Shown here one piece after another: positions 26,468 to 27,519 of a stretch of DNA of 27,519 nt (its first letter is position 1; the number at the start of each line of letters is the position of its first letter). The notes below the pieces were generated by a model. That model was not told the DNA's origin and searched no databases. It saw only the letters and a program-made list of their open reading frames with translations. The stretch is from positions 1 to 27,519 of IMG/VR virus record IMGVR_UViG_3300005323_000090. The stretch is one strand, 5' to 3'. Source of the DNA: a virus (taxonomy: Duplodnaviria > Caudoviricetes). The position numbers and the translations under genes were made by a program.

Positions 26468-26495
26468 ATTCTATAATAATCTATGCAAAAGTCAA
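26468..26495 (-). promoter_or_regulatory. Promoter for the minus-strand membrane-protein cluster
   Basis: Minus strand TTGACT(26495-90)-N16-TAGAAT(26473-68). Confidence 0.6.
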
Positions 26496-26517
26496 CAAAA
26501 ATATCGGGAGGTGTTGC

Positions 26518-27519
26518 ATGAAAAATATCTTCAGATTGTTTTTAGGGGTGCTGGCTGTATGTATGATCGCGCGGGCCGCCTGTGCTATGGTGGCTGACAA
26601 TTACGATCCGGTGAAACTGGCCGGAAACGGTAGCACGGAGGATTTCTCTTTCTCCTGGCCGATAGGTACAAGCACGAATTTACGGGTTTATCTGGAGGAC
26701 GCCACGACCGGAGAGCAGACGTTGCAGACGCTCAATACGGACTATACCGTGGTTTTTAACGACAGCACTCCCGGCGGGACCGTGACGTTCACCACTGCGC
26801 CTACGGATGACCACTACGTAATTATTGCCAGGAGTATGGAGAGAACCCAGGAGGTGGGCCTTACTACCTCCGGAGGATTCCAGGCTCGGGTGATTGAATC
26901 GATGGTAGACCGCTTAACTATGCAAGTGCAGGATCTTAGCGAAGAGATCGCAAGGTCAATTAAGGTACCGGTAGGTACTGCTGAAGAAGATGTACCGAAT
27001 TATACCGACTTGATTGACGAGGCTGCTGAAGGTGCCGTTGCATCTGCTAACGCGGCGGCTGTAAGCGCAGCGGCTGCGGCCGTCAGTGCTACAGAGGCGG
27101 GTAATGCCGCCGATGGGGTGGTGGCGGAGTTGCAAGGATATGCTGACTCGGCAAGCGCATCGGCCACGGCGGCAGCGGGTAGTGCCTCCGCTGCCAGTGA
27201 TTCGGCTGATGCAGCGGCTGCCAGCGCCGAAGAGGCGGCCGGAGCGGCTATGGGGCTTGTAAAGGCAACGCAGGAAGAGGCAGAAGCCACTACAAACGAT
27301 ATAAAATATATGACTCCTCTGCAGGTTAAAAACGAAGTCCAACATGCAGGTGCGGTAAGCATACCTGTCGGAAACATCTCCGGGGCAGAGGCAACAGCCA
27401 ATAAAGATACAGATGGGACTCTTGCGGCTAATTCCGACACTAAATACCCATCGCAGAAAGCGGTAAAGACTTATGCTGACACTAAGACAACCTTGAACGC
27501 AGTTTATCCAGTAGGAAGC
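26518..27519 (+). CDS. Tail fibre, T7 gp17-like N-terminal anchor, with signal peptide; runs off the window end (not in ORF track)
   Basis: ATG 26518 after GGAGGTG. Reads MKNIFRLFLGVLAVCMIARAACA-MVADNYDPVKLAGNGSTEDFSFSW..DYTV..GGTVTFTTAP..IE..DRLTMQVQ, then an Ala/Ser-rich stalk, KYMTPL, SQKAVKTY and YPVGS. Open to 27519. Confidence 0.88.
   Translation, partial: MKNIFRLFLGVLAVCMIARAACAMVADNYDPVKLAGNGSTEDFSFSWPIGTSTNLRVYLEDATTGEQTLQTLNTDYTVVFNDSTPGGTVTFTTAPTDDHYVIIARSMERTQEVGLTTSGGFQARVIESMVDRLTMQVQDLSEEIARSIKVPVGTAEEDVPNYTDLIDEAAEGAVASANAAAVSAAAAAVSATEAGNAADGVVAELQGYADSASASATAAAGSASAASDSADAAAASAEEAAGAAMGLVKATQEEAEATTNDIKYMTPLQVKNEVQHAGAVSIPVGNISGAEATANKDTDGTLAANSDTKYPSQKAVKTYADTKTTLNAVYPVGS

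Larger units (their letters stand above)
1..27519 (+). mobile_element. Tailed phage/prophage segment with podovirus-like (T7/BPP-1-type) head, tail and ejection gene order; both ends lie outside the window
   Basis: Ordered TerS, TerL, portal, scaffold, capsid, adaptor, nozzle, internal virion proteins and T7 gp17-like fibre. No host housekeeping genes, integrase or att site are visible. Confidence 0.95.

Noticed and set aside
26956-27440. Minus-strand ORFs of 129 and 146 aa
   Set aside because: Shadows of the Ala-rich + strand tail fibre, which the track omitted because it has no stop in the window.
1-27519. Apparent abundance of CCGG and GATC sites; host assignment
   Set aside because: Not quantified, and no host genes are present, so neither claim can be supported here.

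Overview
This window is a contiguous segment of a tailed phage or prophage with podovirus-type (T7/BPP-1-like) morphogenesis genes, almost all on the + strand. It opens with the 3' part of a diversity-generating retroelement (AAY-rich template repeat and DGR reverse transcriptase; no variable region is visible in the window). Next come replication and early genes (replication initiator with an HNH insert, C5 DNA methyltransferase, DUF1064-like nuclease) and a consensus promoter with a terminated leader. The structural region holds TerS, TerL, portal, scaffold, a cargo block (GroES-like gene, initiator-like tRNA-CAT, C-type-lectin-fold gene), major capsid, adaptor, nozzle, ejection proteins including a 1727-aa multidomain protein, a minus-strand membrane-protein cluster and a truncated tail fibre. 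Three observations stand out. (1) A self-contained antisense small-RNA gene (promoter, four-way-junction fold, U-tract) is embedded in the large ejection protein gene just after a putative RNase toxin domain. (2) The tail nozzle and tail fibre carry Sec-type signal peptides. (3) A membrane protein ends in a segment resembling the N-terminus of the ejection protein. All family calls are from motif recognition by eye; no database search was run.
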